In this document: in pieces, positions 63,301 through 64,000 of the stretch | How positions within the stretch are numbered: position 1 is the first letter of the stretch | Layout: every line of letters begins with the position of its first letter | Assembly: GCF_964355755.1 (NCBI RefSeq) | Contig: NC_092678.1 | Location: 10,166,352-10,230,351 of the forward strand | Direction: 5' to 3' | Source: Antedon mediterranea | Lineage: Eukaryota; Animalia; Echinodermata | Length of the DNA: 64,000 nucleotides | Notes under the pieces: generated by a model | Databases searched by the model: none | Told to the model about the DNA's origin: nothing | The model's input: only the letters and a program-made list of their open reading frames with translations | Made by a program: the position numbers and the translations under genes

Positions 63301-64000
63301 CGATTTGAAGGTATTCTGAGCACTTTGGTGTTTTTGTGTGAAAAGTTTTAACGAAATGCTCAAAATGGTCTAAAACGGTTCTAATGTGATTTTAAGCTAT
63401 TCTAGACACTTTGATGTTTTGTGTGAAAAAGTTTTCTCGAAATGCTCAAAATGGTCTAAAACGTTTTCCAATACCATATTAAGCTATTTTGTGCAATTTG
63501 ATGTTTTTGTGTAACCAAGTTTTTTGAAATGCGATTTGAAGATATTCTGAGGACTCTGGTGTTTTTATGTTAAAAAGTTTTTTCGAAAATCACAAAATGG
63601 TCTAAAACGTCTCCAAATGCGATTTGAAGATATTCTGAGCACTTTGGTGTTTTTATGTTAAAAAGTTTTTTCGAAAATCACAAAATGGTCTAAAACGTCT
63701 CCAAATGCGAGTTGAAGCTATTCTGTACACTTTGATGTTTTGTGTGAAAAAGTTTTGTCGAAATGCTCAAAATGGTCTAAAACGTTTTTAAAACGATATT
63801 AAGCTATTTTGTGCTCTTTGATGTTTTTGTGTAACCAAGTTTTTTCGAAAATCACAAAATGGTCTAAAACGTCTCCAAATGCGATTTGAAGCTTTTCTAA
63901 GCACTTTGGTGTTTTTATGTTAACAAGTTTTTTCGCAAATCACAAAATTGTCTAAAACGTCTCCAAATGCGATTTGAAGATATTCTGAGCACATTGGTGT

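Larger units (their letters stand above)
1..64000 (+). repeat. Tandem satellite DNA array, 88-bp basic monomer with several monomer families and variable higher-order organisation; candidate (peri)centromeric satellite
   Basis: Monomer starts at 1, 89, 177, 263, 351, 439, 527... The core AAAATGGTCTAAAACG recurs every 78-89 bp (except in the truncated monomers) from the first to the last line, always in the same orientation. The array runs off both window edges. Centromeric role is inference only. Confidence 0.99.

Noticed and set aside
1-64000. CRISPR-like appearance (constant ~40-bp segment alternating with a more variable segment)
   Set aside because: The 'spacers' are homologous to each other, fall into a handful of families and recur dozens of times. 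There is no leader, no unique spacer and no cas gene.
1-64000. A single large macro-repeat period (~15-16 kb or ~30-34 kb)
   Set aside because: Each offset holds for only 1-6 kb, the offsets are mutually inconsistent, and block order is permuted.
1-64000. Telomeric repeats, rDNA/tRNA, transposon insertions or strand inversions
   Set aside because: None seen: every line carries the satellite in the same orientation, with no non-satellite sequence.

Overview
The whole 64 kb window is one uninterrupted, head-to-tail, AT-rich tandem satellite array (about 31% GC in the monomer I counted). The basic monomer is 88 bp, so there are roughly 740 monomers. I found no genes, RNA genes, transposons, CRISPR arrays, inversions or unique sequence, and every ORF in the track is a minus-strand by-product of the repeat. 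The monomers fall into a few families (my labels: D 88 bp, B 86, C 88, E 88, F 87, G 78, H 86, plus truncated 58/59-bp forms). They are joined by strong adjacency rules (B->C, F->G) into a variable higher-order repeat, with a 691-bp 8-mer visible locally. On top of that sits a mosaic of near-identical 1-6 kb block duplications at many different offsets (4803, 11874/11888, 15215, 16177/16266, 20338, 30480, 33800, 36523, 47811 bp). The most notable internal feature is that the monomer is itself a degenerate inverted repeat: two ~28-bp arms, up to 20/28 complementary, separated by 19- and 13-nt spacers, together with ~10-bp phased A/T tracts. The architecture suggests a eukaryotic (peri)centromeric satellite, but neither species nor function can be established from sequence alone. 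I do not see a protein-coding 'system' here. Block boundaries were read by eye and are approximate.
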